NCBI GenBank assembly: GCA_963738835.1
Contig: CAVTYH010000001.1
Span: 592,071 to 656,070, forward strand
Length of the DNA: 64,000 bases
Reading direction: 5' to 3'
Source of the DNA: Pirellulales bacterium
GTDB lineage: Bacteria > Planctomycetota > Planctomycetia > Pirellulales > JADZDJ01
Shown: in pieces, positions 9,305 through 20,222 of the stretch
Layout of the letters: the number at the start of each line of letters is the position of its first letter
How positions within the stretch are numbered: the stretch's first letter is position 1
The notes under the pieces: generated by a model
Database searches by the model: none
What the model saw: only the letters and a program-made list of their open reading frames with translations
What the model was told of the DNA's origin: nothing
Translations under genes and position numbers: made by a program

Positions 9305-10569
9305 TTACGCGGCAGGATCACTGTAAGTTTCCACGGGAACACCGTCGCTTACCAACGATTGACTGAACAAGAGGCCCGCGGTCAGTGCCATAGCGATCAA
9401 GAACATCTTGAATGCGAGGTCGACTCCGGCAGTCGTGTCTTGCGAAAGCAGGGATGACATACTTTGCACACCTACGGAGCCGGGAACCAGCAGCGCGATA
9501 CCGGGAATGACGACGAGTTCCGGGGTACCGTGCGGCAAATTTGGCGAATAGACTGCCTGCAACCCCTAACAAGAATGCGGCCAGAAATGGACCTGCCAAT
9601 CCGGCGATGAGTTCCGTTTCCCAACGTGTAACGTAAAAGGCCAGCAGCGAAGCCAGGAAGATTACCGGCAAATCTTGCAGCCTGGCACGGAAGCGGACCG
9701 TCGAACCGAGTGCGACGATCGTCAAAGCCAGAAAGATTTGCCACGTGCCAAAAGGTTGAGAGGGTGACGAGTGCGAAATTCGGGGCAGCAAGTCAGAGAT
9801 CGAAGTTCCCGCAATCGCTCCACAAGCTAATGCCGTGAAGGCAACGCCGACGCCCGCCAGCCTGGCAGCACCTGACTCCAGACGCCCATGCGATAACTCT
9901 GTCACTGAATCGAGCAAGCTGATTCCAGGCAGCAAAATGATGAGCCCAGCAGCCAAGGGAATCCATTCCACAAACGAGCCCAAGTAATGGCCGGCAATGC
10001 CAGTGATGAATGCCGCAGCCGTGGCAGCCAACAACTCAAATAACCGAGTCGTTACCCGCCAGCGCCGCAGGACTACGGCCAGGACGCCGGCTATCAGTCC
10101 AATGATGGTCGCCACGAAAACCTCGGGCATTCCGCCGCCAAAGAAGACGGCGAATGCCCCGCCACTGAGCACGTAAGCGGCGATCGTTGGCGAATTGCCC
10201 CAGCGGTCTGGAGCGCGCATGATATTGTCGATACGCTTCCGCGCTTTGGTCTGGAACAAGTCGGCCGTCGAGAACATCGTTCGTGGTGCGGGCCAACAGC
10301 ATCATCCGCTCTAAATGCACGCCGGCCGGCCGTTCGCTTACGACATAAGTCGCCACCGTGTCGCTGTCGAACAACGTTAGCAGCAGGCCCGTCGGCAGCG
10401 AAAGCACCTCACATCGCCAGCCGATGCGCTCGGCAACGGCAACCAGCTTCGCTTCGATAAAGTGCGAAGGAAAACCAACGTGGTGCAATGCCCTGGCCAA
10501 CGCGATGATTAAGTCGCGCTTGGCCGCGCTAGCCGGTTTGATGCCCGCGTTGTCTTCACTCATACGCAA
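9305..10569 (-). CDS. threonine/serine exporter (ThrE) family membrane protein; 2 frame changes in this assembly
   Basis: ALARALHHVGFPSHFIEAKL (ORF 10036..10569), SPTIAAYVLSGGAFAVFFGG..LLPGISLLDSVTEL (9318..10277), PELVVIPGIALLVPGSVG (9305..9562). Confidence 0.75.
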
Positions 10570-10789
10570 TAAAGCTTCGCCGCAGTTTGTATCGAAGCGC
10601 GATAGAGACCGACCGCCGTTGAGATCTGAGTTTTAGCGATCGAGGCCTGCCAGCGGCAATACCACGCAGACGCAACTGATGTCTCAAACAAATCAGAAAT
10701 TGTTGTCAAAAGTCGCGAATCGATCGGCAAGCTTGGCCAAGCCGAGTACTGCGAGGACCTCGACGGTCCGTCGGCGGAAGTTGGGTATC

Positions 10790-11538
10790 CTACTTTGACG
10801 CCGGGGCTTTAGATGCAGCGGCATTGTTCTCCGAAGCCGATGGCTGCTCGCCTGTTTTGGTGCCCGCCGGCTTCTCAGGAGGAAAAAGCGCCGCGGTTAA
10901 GGCCGGCATGAACTGACGCAAAAAAGGAACCGCGGCACTATCGTCAGGACGCCCGGAAGATTCAAGCGGCATTTCGGTAATGGCGTAAATTTTATAGAGT
11001 GCCGGGCGCCCGCGAGGAATTTCTGTACGGTAGGGGCTACCCATTTGCCATCTTCGCTGAAGCTCCAGAAGATCCGCAGGTTATGAGGTCCCTCAATTGA
11101 TGCATTCCCTTTTCGAAATCGATTGGTTGAAAAATCTGCAGAAGTACGGCCCGTATCGACAACGTATTTATCTTGCGATTCGGCTTCCTCGAAACCACTC
11201 AGCACGTAGCATTGATCGGGCGTATGCACGGTGATATCGCGCCCGCTGCCGCACACGATGAAAATCTCCACCGACTGCTCGGGCGCCAGCTTATTCCAAA
11301 AGTGGCGAGAGTAAACCGCATCGGAACCGGAGGCCATAATTTGGCGTTGATCGACGGGCGTTTCCTTACTTTCCCAATCGCCAAATGCTGTAGGGATATT
11401 CTTGATCCGTTCGGCGAATGCTTTTCGCTGCGCGGTGACTTCCGTTCCACCAAACCGCCGGGACCAAATGCCTTGCGGAATCGTGGCGATGGCAATCAGG
11501 GTCGCGGCGGCAATCGCAGGAAGTAGATAGCGTTGCAT
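10790..11538 (-). CDS. exosortase-associated EpsI family protein; 1 frame change in this assembly
   Basis: N-terminal TM LLPAIAAATLIAIATI, HTPDQCY (HxPxxC) motif, C-terminal ..RPALYKIYAI in ORF 10790..11044. Directly downstream of the Wzc-like and exosortase genes. Confidence 0.65.
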
Positions 11539-11608
11539 CTGTCAAACTCAAAAGGATTCGGATGAATTGAAACGTGAATCGTTGTTCGCGCTGTCGCCGC
11601 GCTCTCTG

Positions 11609-13854
11609 CTACGACGGTAGCGCAAACGCGGGGCGACGGCTCGTTTCGGTAATGCCGTTTACAACTGCCCCCAGCACGCGAATGCCGACCGATTCCAGTC
11701 GTTCACGCGCCTCATAAACCTTATGGAGCTGGCTCACATCGCGCCTAGCGCTCAGCACAGCGGCATCCATGCAGGCGCCCATCAGCAGCGTATCCGCGTA
11801 GTTCAGCACGGGCGCTGCGTCGACGATAATAAACTCGAACTGTTCGCGTGCCTTCTGGAAAACGTCGTGCAAATCACTCTTGGCGAGCGCCGCGATCGAT
11901 TGATAATCGCACTGTCCGGCGGCCACCAGCATTAAGCCATCGACTTGCGTGGGTTGAATGGCGGCCTCCAAATCGACTTCGCCACGCAAAATTTCGCACA
12001 AGCCAGGTTCCGGCGACGCGCCGAACATGGCATGAGCCGTGGGAGAGCGAAGATCACCGTCAACCAGAAGCGTGCGCGCGCCCGGAGCGAGCCAGGCTGG
12101 CCGCCAAATGTGAAGCCACTGTTGTTTTGCCTTCACGGTCGCCGGCGCTAGTGACCATAATGACATGCGGAGCATTCTCGCGAGATTGAGATTGCTGCAG
12201 CAAAATCGTGCGGATGCTGTCGACCGATTCAGCGAGGATGCCTTGCAGCGCCGACGAGCCGTTTACTCCTCTGGTGCGCGATAAGACATCCAAATTCGGA
12301 ACAACGCCCAGAACGCGTAAACCGGTATTCGTGCTAAGTTCTCCGGTGGTGCTGAGCCGGCGAGCTTGATATTCCATCGCAACCACCGCGCCAGAACCAA
12401 TCGCTAGGCCAGCAATGCCGGCGAAAATCGTAAGCACATAGCGAAATACCGGATTGGTGCCCTCCGGCTCGGTCGCCTTTTCGAGCATGGTAACGCGCGG
12501 GGGTTGACTCAAATCCAGCCCAATCTTATCCAACTGCTCTGAAATCTCGGCGCGATGTTTCTCGAGCCCGGTTATTTGAGATCCAAGGTCCTCGATGTCG
12601 ACGCTACTCTTGCCCACCTTGGTAACCTCCACATTCACGGCCTCCAGTTTTGCCTGTTGGTCGTCCAGCTCCTTGATCAGTCGCTCTCGCTTAACCTGCA
12701 GTTGTTCAAGAGTTCCTGATTCTTCGCCCCGCTCAGATCCATTTGATTTGATAAAGGCAATAATCTGCGGCAAAATAATTTCCCGACGCCTTTGAATTTG
12801 CTCTTCCACACCGGCGATCGAACTGTGGTAGCGAATAACTGCGGGATCGCGTTCCCTGAGCTTCGACACGGCTAATTGTGCCGATAGCAGTTGCTCGAAG
12901 TAGCTCTGCTGCTTCGTTAAATCGGCAATAGTATCGTCGCGCGAAACAATCGACTCAACGAGGTGTTGATCGACTTCAGTGCCATGTTCCTGGTCGTGAA
13001 CCCTGATCGCAATTGTTTGTTCAATTTTCATCAGCTCGCCGCGGGTTTCCTTCATGGCCTGGAGAAGGCCGTTGGATTGAGTTTGCAATTGCGCCAAATA
13101 AAATTTTACATCGTTTAAGTCCGAAGTTTTAATCTTGTCCTTGAGATTGGCCAACGCTTTACGCTTGTTGTACATTTCGGTGTCTTTATCTTGCCTTGAC
13201 TGTTGCAGGACTTCCTGTTGTTTCAACAGCCCAGCGTGTTCGGCGTCGACGACGTTTTCAATGTAGGCGTCTTGCACGGCATTGACGATTTTCACCAATT
13301 GCTTGGCGTCCTTGCCGCGCATTTTGATCAGTAACACTTCCGACTCCAGCGGCGAAACCACAATCAATTCGTCTTGCAAAAACTGGAGCGGCTCTCGTTC
13401 GGCGCAACATGGGCAAATCGGCAATTCCTTCCTTGCGATATGCTCCTTGCAGCACGGTAGGACTTTTGATTCTGGCCGCTTGAGTCTTACGGTATTGATC
13501 GTATTCTGCTGGGTTCCGAATTAATGTTCCCGGAGGATCGCCCACGCGTAACCAAGCCACGACCTCGTAGTTCTCCGGAGTAACAATCCAGACCAGTGCC
13601 GCCACCGGCACTCCCACCAGCAAGCCCGCAATCAAAGACAGCAGCCAGCGCCGACGAAACGCGTGCAATAGCTGCGAGAAACTCATTCCCGCAGGGGCCG
13701 CATCCACGTAGGGCATCGCACCCCCGGCTGCCACGTATGGGCTCAGGCCGTTCATTTCATACTCGCGAACCATCAAGCCGCCTCGGTTTGACCGAGGGTC
13801 GCCGTTCTCCGATTCGCTATGCAAGGGATCGATGGGTGTCGTGGATTGGGTCAC
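11609..13854 (-). CDS. polysaccharide chain-length determinant / tyrosine autokinase (Wzc/EpsG-like); 2 frame changes in this assembly
   Basis: Wzz-type N-terminus with TM (ORF 13258..13854). Long coiled coil and Walker A SAGDREGKTT (12060..13424). LLVDGDLRSP and Walker B FIIVDAAP (11609..12175). One break maps to the run ccc 12081-12083 (ARSG-ARTLLVDGD restored by removing one base). Confidence 0.85.
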
Positions 13855-13980
13855 AGGTAGGCCTCTTGAATTGGCGTTCTTTGGATGCGGTCAGAGCGTC
13901 TATACGGGCAAAAATCGGTAACTGAAATCGTTCTTAATCTCAGCGGCGAAATCATTTCCTGGTTTTCTTGCAATCAACAA

Positions 13981-14942
13981 CTATCGTGCGCGAGTCGAAG
14001 CGGGATGATGCGCCGCAGGCATCGAACCAAAACCGGTCGGTTGCGGAGACGCATTTTCTTCGTCGATAAAAACATGCGAGAGCACTTGCATTTCAACGTA
14101 CAAGAGCGCCAGGGCTAATGGCATCATGAACCAGCCCGCCAGATCGTGAAAAAAGTGCTGGGCGAGTTCCGATTCTTGACCGAGCTGTAAATACAAAATT
14201 GCGGTAATCACAATCCGCGTCATGTTGACAATCAAGGCAATTGGAATTGCCGTGAGAATGACAATGGCCTTTTCCCACCAAGAACTGTTGATGATCATGG
14301 TCATTGCCACGGCCATCGCCAGAAAAATTGTGGCCATGCGCAGCCCGCTGCACGCATCGGCGACGTTGAGTTGAATTCCATCCCCAATGTTGATGACATT
14401 GCCGTCGTTGTAGGCGTCAGGAACTCCCAGAGTCTGCAAAGTAAAAGTGCTGATCCGGGTAGCGACGCCTTGCAGCGGAACAAAAAGCGATCGCTCGACC
14501 GCGGTTGGCAGCGGAATCATGAAGATGAGAAACGCCAGCGGTGGCCCAGCCCAACGCAAGATCGACCATCCACCGGCCACCACAAATATGCCAACCAACA
14601 CTGGAATGATCGACAGCATGTCGAACGTGACGAATTGATAGTACGTCCCAAATAGCCGAAATGCCAAACCTGCGGCAATCATTCCCACACCCCACCAGCG
14701 CTCTGATGGCTCGACGTGTTGGAACGGCTCCGGCGCATGGCAATCAGCACCGCAGCAAACAGCGGAATCAAAAATCCATGCGAATACTGGGGGGTCATCC
14801 ACGACTGCACAAGCGAATTGATAGGACCGGCAATCGTGTTCCAATAGGCCGCCAAAAGCAGTGCGCTCAGCCCGCCAATGATGTACCAAGGGATGACTTG
14901 ATCAGGTTGTGTCGAAACGCGAGCGGCGTGGGTCTGTGCCAT
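13981..14942 (-). CDS. exosortase (EpsH/Xrt family); 1 frame change in this assembly
   Basis: N-terminal WMTPQYSHGFLIPL (ORF 14679..14981, ATG 14942). ORF 13981..14889 has NVADACSGLRM (catalytic Cys context), IVNMTRIV (Arg) and FFHDLAGW (His). Multi-TM throughout. Confidence 0.85.
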
Positions 14943-15242
14943 TTTATTGTGGTGCAATGAACTGCGGTGATGCTCGATCAATAGAAGTCGACTAACTACC
15001 CGCTGCCCGCGGGAAGAGTGATAGCGTGGCCAACGATTTGACCAGTAGAACGGCGGATGATTTGGTTGCCAGAAATGCCCCTGGGTCGCCCCCTGTATGG
15101 TTCACGATAAATGCCATGCACTCCGTTGTCAAACAGTTCTCGCGCCTGCTGGCGCGGGCCGAGCCAGCGATCAGATCAAAACCCGTCAATGCTGGTAATG
15201 CACGCGCTCATTTCAGCATTTACGTTAAGATTTCCACCGCAA

Positions 15243-15350
15243 GTTTGAGCGGTTTGCCATTGTGCTTAGTTTTGGACCGAAGTCTGTGGGAAAGTTTGCC
15301 GATTATTCAAAGGCTGCCGGTGGGCGCGAGTTTGCGGCGCGGAGGGTTTG
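15243..15350 (+). promoter_or_regulatory. cluster of co-oriented GTTTG motifs in the divergent exosortase/Wza intergenic region
   Basis: GTTTG at 15243, 15252, 15294, 15330 and 15346, plus GTTTTG at 15269. Extended form RGTTTGC three times. All on the same strand within 108 bp. Confidence 0.25.
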
Positions 15351-15456
15351 TAGGGAGTCGCTGCCAGGATTGAATCGCTACACAGCCCTCATCGCAATCA
15401 TCAGAACGTTCAACGAGTGAAATTGGATAGCTTGGGAAGACTGGAGATTAAACTGG

Positions 15457-16560
15457 TTGGCTTCGGCCCCTAGTATGGTTTGTTCCTCTCACCATCCGCT
15501 GCGAAGCTCTGTGCTGCTGCTAGCCAGCTGCACGCTGCTGGCCTGCGCGCCCGGCTGCCGCACTTGGTGGGGCTTGAATCCGGTACCGGCCCAGGCAGTG
15601 GGGCAGACGCCCTGCTATGTGCCCACCGAGCTCAATAAAGTCTCGCTCCCTCCGTATGTCATCGAGCCCCCCGATATTCTGCTGATCGATGCCCTGCGGG
15701 TGATTCCCAAGCAGCCGTTTCAGATTCAGCCCTTGGACGTGCTGCAGGTGGAAGTCGACGGCACCCGGCTGGATGAGCCGATCCGAGGACTGTATCTGGT
15801 GGAACCGGGGGGCATGCTGAATTTAGGTCCCGGCTATGGCAAAGTGAAAGTCGGCGGCTTGTCGCTGGAAGAGGCCCAAAACAAGTCACCGAACAGCTCA
15901 AGCGGACGCTGGTGAATCCGCAGGTCTCGCTCACCTTGAACGAGTCGGGGGGCCAGCAGCAGATTGCCGGCGAGCATTTGGTGGGTCCCGATGGCACGAT
16001 GAACCTGGGGACCTACGGCAGCGTGTACGTGGCGGGGCACACGATTCCGGAGGCCAAAGAGGCCATGGAAAAGCACTTGACCCAGTACCTGGAATCGCCG
16101 CTCGGTGTCGGTTGATATCTACGCCTACAACAGCAAAGTGTATTACGTCATTACCGAAGGGGCCGGCTTTGGCGACAACATCCAGCGGTTCCCGGTGACC
16201 GGCAACGAAACGGTGCTGGACGCCATCAGCCAGGTGCAGGGCTTCAGCCGCCTGTCGAGCAAGAACATTTGGATCGCCCGGCCTTCACCGGCCGGCTGCG
16301 ATCAGATTCTGCCGGTGCGCTGGAATGACATCGTCTCCGGCGGCGGCGTGGCGACGAACTATCAGGTGTTGCCCGGCGACCGGGTGTTCATCGAGCAAGA
16401 TCACCTGATCGCCATCGACAGCCTGGTCAAAAAGCTCCTCAGCCCCATCGAACGCATGTTCGGCACCACGCTGCTAGGACTCCAAACCATCCAAAACGCC
16501 CGCTCCTTGCCCGGCGCACTACGGGAACCTTTTAAGCTGAGCCAAAGAGGAACTGCATAA
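15457..16560 (+). CDS. polysaccharide export protein (Wza-like, Poly_export + SLBB); 2 frame changes in this assembly
   Basis: LPPYVIEPPDILLIDALRV..VKVGGLSLEEAQ (ORF 15457..15915), NPQVSLTL..HLVGPDGTMNLGTYGSVYVAGHTIPEAKEAM (15912..16115), VDIYAYNSKVYYVITEG..IQRFPVTGNETVLDAISQ..YQVLPGDRVFI (16105..16560). Lipoprotein-like N-terminus LLLASCTLLAC. Confidence 0.85.
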
Positions 16561-17495
16561 TGATCAAGAGACTTTCAATCCGCAGAGCGGTAATCATTGC
16601 CGTTTCAACTGCATTTTTCAGCACGGCAGAAATAGCGTCGGCGCAATTCGGAACCAATGCTCCTGTTTGCCCATTAGGCCGTTGTGTACCAGCGCGCGAC
16701 AGCTGGGGATTCTATCCAACCAAGTGGCGGCGTTGGCCAGTGCAGTCTATCCGGATATGTCGCAGCCGGTTGTACAGCCCGGCAGCAACCAGATTTTGCC
16801 CCCAGAGATTGAACTTCCAAATCCGAACAAAGAAGCAGAGATCCAAACTCCAAATCCAGGCGCGATTCGATGAAAACGCCGGGTGGAAGCGGCGCATCGA
16901 ATGAACGGCGCGTGGACTAGAAACCGAGCCAACGCCAGCGAAATCGCCTAATGACGGAACGCCAAATGATTTGTTGCCACTGCCAAAGAGCGCACCCGGA
17001 GCAATGCCGTCGCCGGATGAACCAAATTTTGGTCCGCCGAATTTCGGCGAGCCGCCCGCGCCTTCGGGGCACCCCAGTGGTTCATCCCGAGTGCTGCCGC
17101 GCCTATCGCCGCCCGAACCGGTCGCTGCCAGGAATCTCAGGGACTCGAAAAATCAGCACGTGTCGTGGAATGAAACCAAAGATTTGGTGGTGACAAAATC
17201 ATCAGCAACCCGATTCATTGGCGACAATTCGGGACAGGCAATCTCGCCAGAAGAAGAGCCAGATTTAATTGTTCCGTCGCTCTCATCGCGTCCATTGCGC
17301 ACTACGGGTGTCGAAGTGCATTTTGATCGCTCGCCGGGTAATCCGCTTCGGGACGATATAAACCCTGAAACGAAAACGCCGACCCCATTAATAGACAACG
17401 ATCCGCCTACGGTAAGTGCCGACCGGTCAAGTGGATCTTCGACCGTGGCGACTCCCGTCGGGGCCGTCCGCTCCAATCCGCTACGCCGCAATTAG
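16560..17495 (+). CDS. secreted Pro-rich hypothetical protein, fragmented; boundaries uncertain
   Basis: Signal peptide MIKRLSIRRAVIIAVSTAFFSTAEIASAQ, then Pro-rich low-complexity sequence ending ..SNPLRRN. Spread over ORFs 16560..16904, 16667..16873 and 16971..17495. Confidence 0.4.
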
Positions 17496-17807
17496 CCGCT
17501 ATCAAGAGAGTGGCGGGTTGTCTCCCGGCGTTTTCAACCTGAAAAATGCCATTGATGAAATCGGCGGAAATAGGATTTGCGTTAGATTTCGCCTCGGAGC
17601 ATCGAATGTCGATCCAGCTGGCTATTCGGTTTGGCTAACTACAGTCGGCTGAGTTTGGCGGCTGGCAGCCTTGCAGCCCATCCTGTTCGCCCATTCTTCT
17701 TTGGCCATGTAGCGGAGCGAACTCCGTTTGTAATGGTCCGAACCGCTTTGGCCCCTTGATTTTCTGCGCTGACAGCGTTCAGGCAGATAGCTCACGGGGG
17801 GCTTTCG

Positions 17808-17835
17808 TTGACAACCCTCGATAGTCAAGTACACT
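17808..17835 (+). promoter_or_regulatory. putative sigma70-type promoter ahead of the NusG-paralogue operon
   Basis: TTGACA (17808-17813) - 16 nt - TACACT (17830-17835). The same hexamers occur in the predicted promoter at 44570. Would give a leader of about 440 nt. Confidence 0.3.
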
Positions 17836-18281
17836 AAAAGTCCTAAGGGGCTACGTGGCAACGTCTTCATGAAGGAAGACGCGGCGAAATTGAAGGCAAG
17901 TTTCGCCAACCCGGCGCTGCGGTGGTCGGATTGATCCGGCTCCAAGGCAGAGGAGTCTGTCTCATCATTTTCCCAGTTTGTCTGTGGGACCAACGGTCGC
18001 TGCTTTGCGATCCGTTTTACCAACTTAGTCGCCGGTCCCCGGAGCATGGCATTCATGTGAATGATGAGGTTTTGGGATCGCCGCAGTGGCAGAAGCAGCA
18101 GGGCACGACTAACCATGCCGGCTGGTTTGGAGTTGTTTGAAATAGAAATGTAGGTCGTTCGAGCGAAGGAGGTTGGCACTCAGATTTACCGGCTGGTAAT
18201 TCGACAGTGTCACCCAAGAGGACGGAGTCCGCCTAAACAGTTTTGAGAACCCGTTACTGAAAGTAAGGGCGTCAACCCGCA

Positions 18282-18839
18282 ATGCCCATTCTTGTCCGCG
18301 AGCCCGACATCTTTCCCTCCGACCTATTTGATCGGCCGGCCATCGAGAATGGCGCGACTTGGTGGGTGCTGTACACCATGTCGCGGCGCGAAAAGCAGCT
18401 GATGCGATGCTTGCATACAGCGGAAATTTCGTTTTATGCGCCTCTTGTTCGGCAGCGAAAACGATCGCCAGCAGGTCGCCAATACGTAACATACGCGACG
18501 TTATTTCCCGGTTACGTTTTTCTCAAGGGAGATGATGACCAGCGTCGTGCTGCACTAACCACAAATTGCGTTTCTCGTTGCATCAGCGTGAGCGACCCAG
18601 CGCGGCTGACACACGATCTGCAACAAATACGCCGTTTGATTGAAGCGGAAGTTCCGCTAAGCACCGAGAAGCGACTGGAGCCAGGCGAGCGAGTTCGTGT
18701 CTCAAGCGGTCCGCTGATCGGTCTGGAAGGCACGGTGATCCGCCGCCATGGCGACCGTCGATTGCTCGTGGCGGTTCAGTTTTTACAGCAAGGTACTTCC
18801 GTTCAGCTCGACGATTTTGCTGTCGAGCGAATCGACTAA
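18282..18839 (+). CDS. NusG-family transcription antiterminator paralogue (RfaH/UpxY-like)
   Basis: NGN domain WWVLYTMSRREKQL..LFPGYVFLKGD. KOW motif GERVRVSSGPLIGLEGTVIR. First gene of the plus-strand glycan gene run. Confidence 0.8.
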   Translation: MPILVREPDIFPSDLFDRPAIENGATWWVLYTMSRREKQLMRCLHTAEISFYAPLVRQRKRSPAGRQYVTYATLFPGYVFLKGDDDQRRAALTTNCVSRCISVSDPARLTHDLQQIRRLIEAEVPLSTEKRLEPGERVRVSSGPLIGLEGTVIRRHGDRRLLVAVQFLQQGTSVQLDDFAVERID

Positions 18840-18900
18840 TCATCGCCCCAACGATTGACATCCAATACTTCATTTCATCCTGAACTAACCCAACGAGCAT

Positions 18901-20106
18901 TTGATGGCAACTGCGACCGACACCTCGAAAGTGCCCGCGGTTTTGGGCGGCAAGCCAGCGTTCGAAAAATTGCTGCCCATCGTCCGTCCTACATTGCCCA
19001 AACACGAAGAGTTGGCCAGCGAACTGGCCGAGATCATTGGGTCTGGCATGGTGACTCGGGGCCGGCAGCTGCAACTGTTTGAAGAAGCCGCGGCTGCTCA
19101 TTTGCGCGTGAAACACGCCGTGGCGGTTTCCAGCTGCACTAGTGGATTGATGCTCGTGTACCAGGGGCTTGGGCTGAAGGGCGAGATCGTCGCGCCGAGT
19201 TTTACATTTATGGCGACCGTCAGCGCCGCCGTTTGGGCGGGGCTGCGACCCGTGCTGGTGGATGTCGATCGAGGAACTCATAATATCGATCCCGCAGCGG
19301 TCGAACGTGCGATTACTCGGAACACAACCGGCATCGTAGCTGTCCATAATTTTGGCAATCCGGCTGACATCGCGGCGCTCGAGCAAATCGCGCAGAGCCA
19401 CGGATTGAAACTGGTCTTCGATGCCGCCCACGGTTTCGGCGCTCAATACCAGGGCGTGCCTGTCGGGCCGCAAGGCGATGCCCAGGTTTACAGTCTTAGC
19501 CCGACGAAATTGGTTGTCGCGGGCGAAGGGGGGATTGTTGCCACGAATTGTGATACTTTGGCCGAAAGAATTCGCCGTGGTCGTGAATACGGCATGGGCG
19601 CCGCCTACGACAGCCTCTTCGCCGGAATGAATGCCCGCATGAGCGAGTTTCACGCTTGTCTAGGTCGACACAGTCTGGCGATGCTGGAGCGAAACGCAAA
19701 TCGACGACAGGAAATCGTCGCATTGTTCCGCCGCGAACTCGGCCGCCTACCAGGCATTCATTTCCAGGAAGTGCTGCTTGGCAATCGGGCGTCGTACAAG
19801 GATTTTTCGATTACCATCGATGCACAAGCATTCGGCCTTTCCCGTGATGAGCTGGCCAAGGCCGTGGCCGCGGAAAACATCGATACGCGGAAATATTACG
19901 ATCCGCCGGTCCATCGACAGACGGCCTATCGTCAGTTTGCACCCGCCGAACAATCGTTAAGTGTTACCAATTGGCTGGCTTCTGCAAGTTTAAGTTTGCC
20001 ATTGTGGTCGCACATGACAGACGAAGTTGCGCTGCAAATCTGCCGAGCTTGCAAACGGATTTACGAGACTGCGGAAGACGTGCAAAGCAGATTAGCGGTG
20101 AACTAG
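18901..20106 (+). CDS. DegT/DnrJ/EryC1/StrS family sugar aminotransferase (PLP-dependent)
   Basis: Intact 401-aa ORF. Family-typical blocks AVSSCTSGL, FDAAHGFGA and PLP-lysine context VYSLSPTKLV. Confidence 0.9.
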   Translation: MMATATDTSKVPAVLGGKPAFEKLLPIVRPTLPKHEELASELAEIIGSGMVTRGRQLQLFEEAAAAHLRVKHAVAVSSCTSGLMLVYQGLGLKGEIVAPSFTFMATVSAAVWAGLRPVLVDVDRGTHNIDPAAVERAITRNTTGIVAVHNFGNPADIAALEQIAQSHGLKLVFDAAHGFGAQYQGVPVGPQGDAQVYSLSPTKLVVAGEGGIVATNCDTLAERIRRGREYGMGAAYDSLFAGMNARMSEFHACLGRHSLAMLERNANRRQEIVALFRRELGRLPGIHFQEVLLGNRASYKDFSITIDAQAFGLSRDELAKAVAAENIDTRKYYDPPVHRQTAYRQFAPAEQSLSVTNWLASASLSLPLWSHMTDEVALQICRACKRIYETAEDVQSRLAVN

Positions 20107-20222
20107 CAACCAGAGATTCAGCGAGCAACGGCAATATCCGGTTTTTCGCAGCACTCAGGCCGTGGTTGTGGCAAACACAGCACGACGGACGAAACGACAC
20201 CTCATGAGGAAGGCACGGCACC

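Noticed and set aside
17622-18179. 185-aa minus-strand ORF upstream of the NusG paralogue; also an SRP-RNA-like GAAGCAGC stretch near 18083-18106
   Set aside because: The ORF has no recognisable family features and overlaps the best promoter match for the plus-strand operon. The RNA-like stretch lacks the GGAA tetraloop and flanking helices of SRP RNA. I keep the region as an untranslated leader of unknown content.
18168-18184. sigma-54 -24/-12 promoter candidates (TGGCACTCAGATTTAC at 18169; TGGCACCGGCCCGGCA at 50605)
   Set aside because: The first lacks the conserved GC at -12. The second has correct GG/GC spacing but lacks the TT of TTGC, and it is a single weak match in GC-rich DNA. There is not enough evidence to annotate either.
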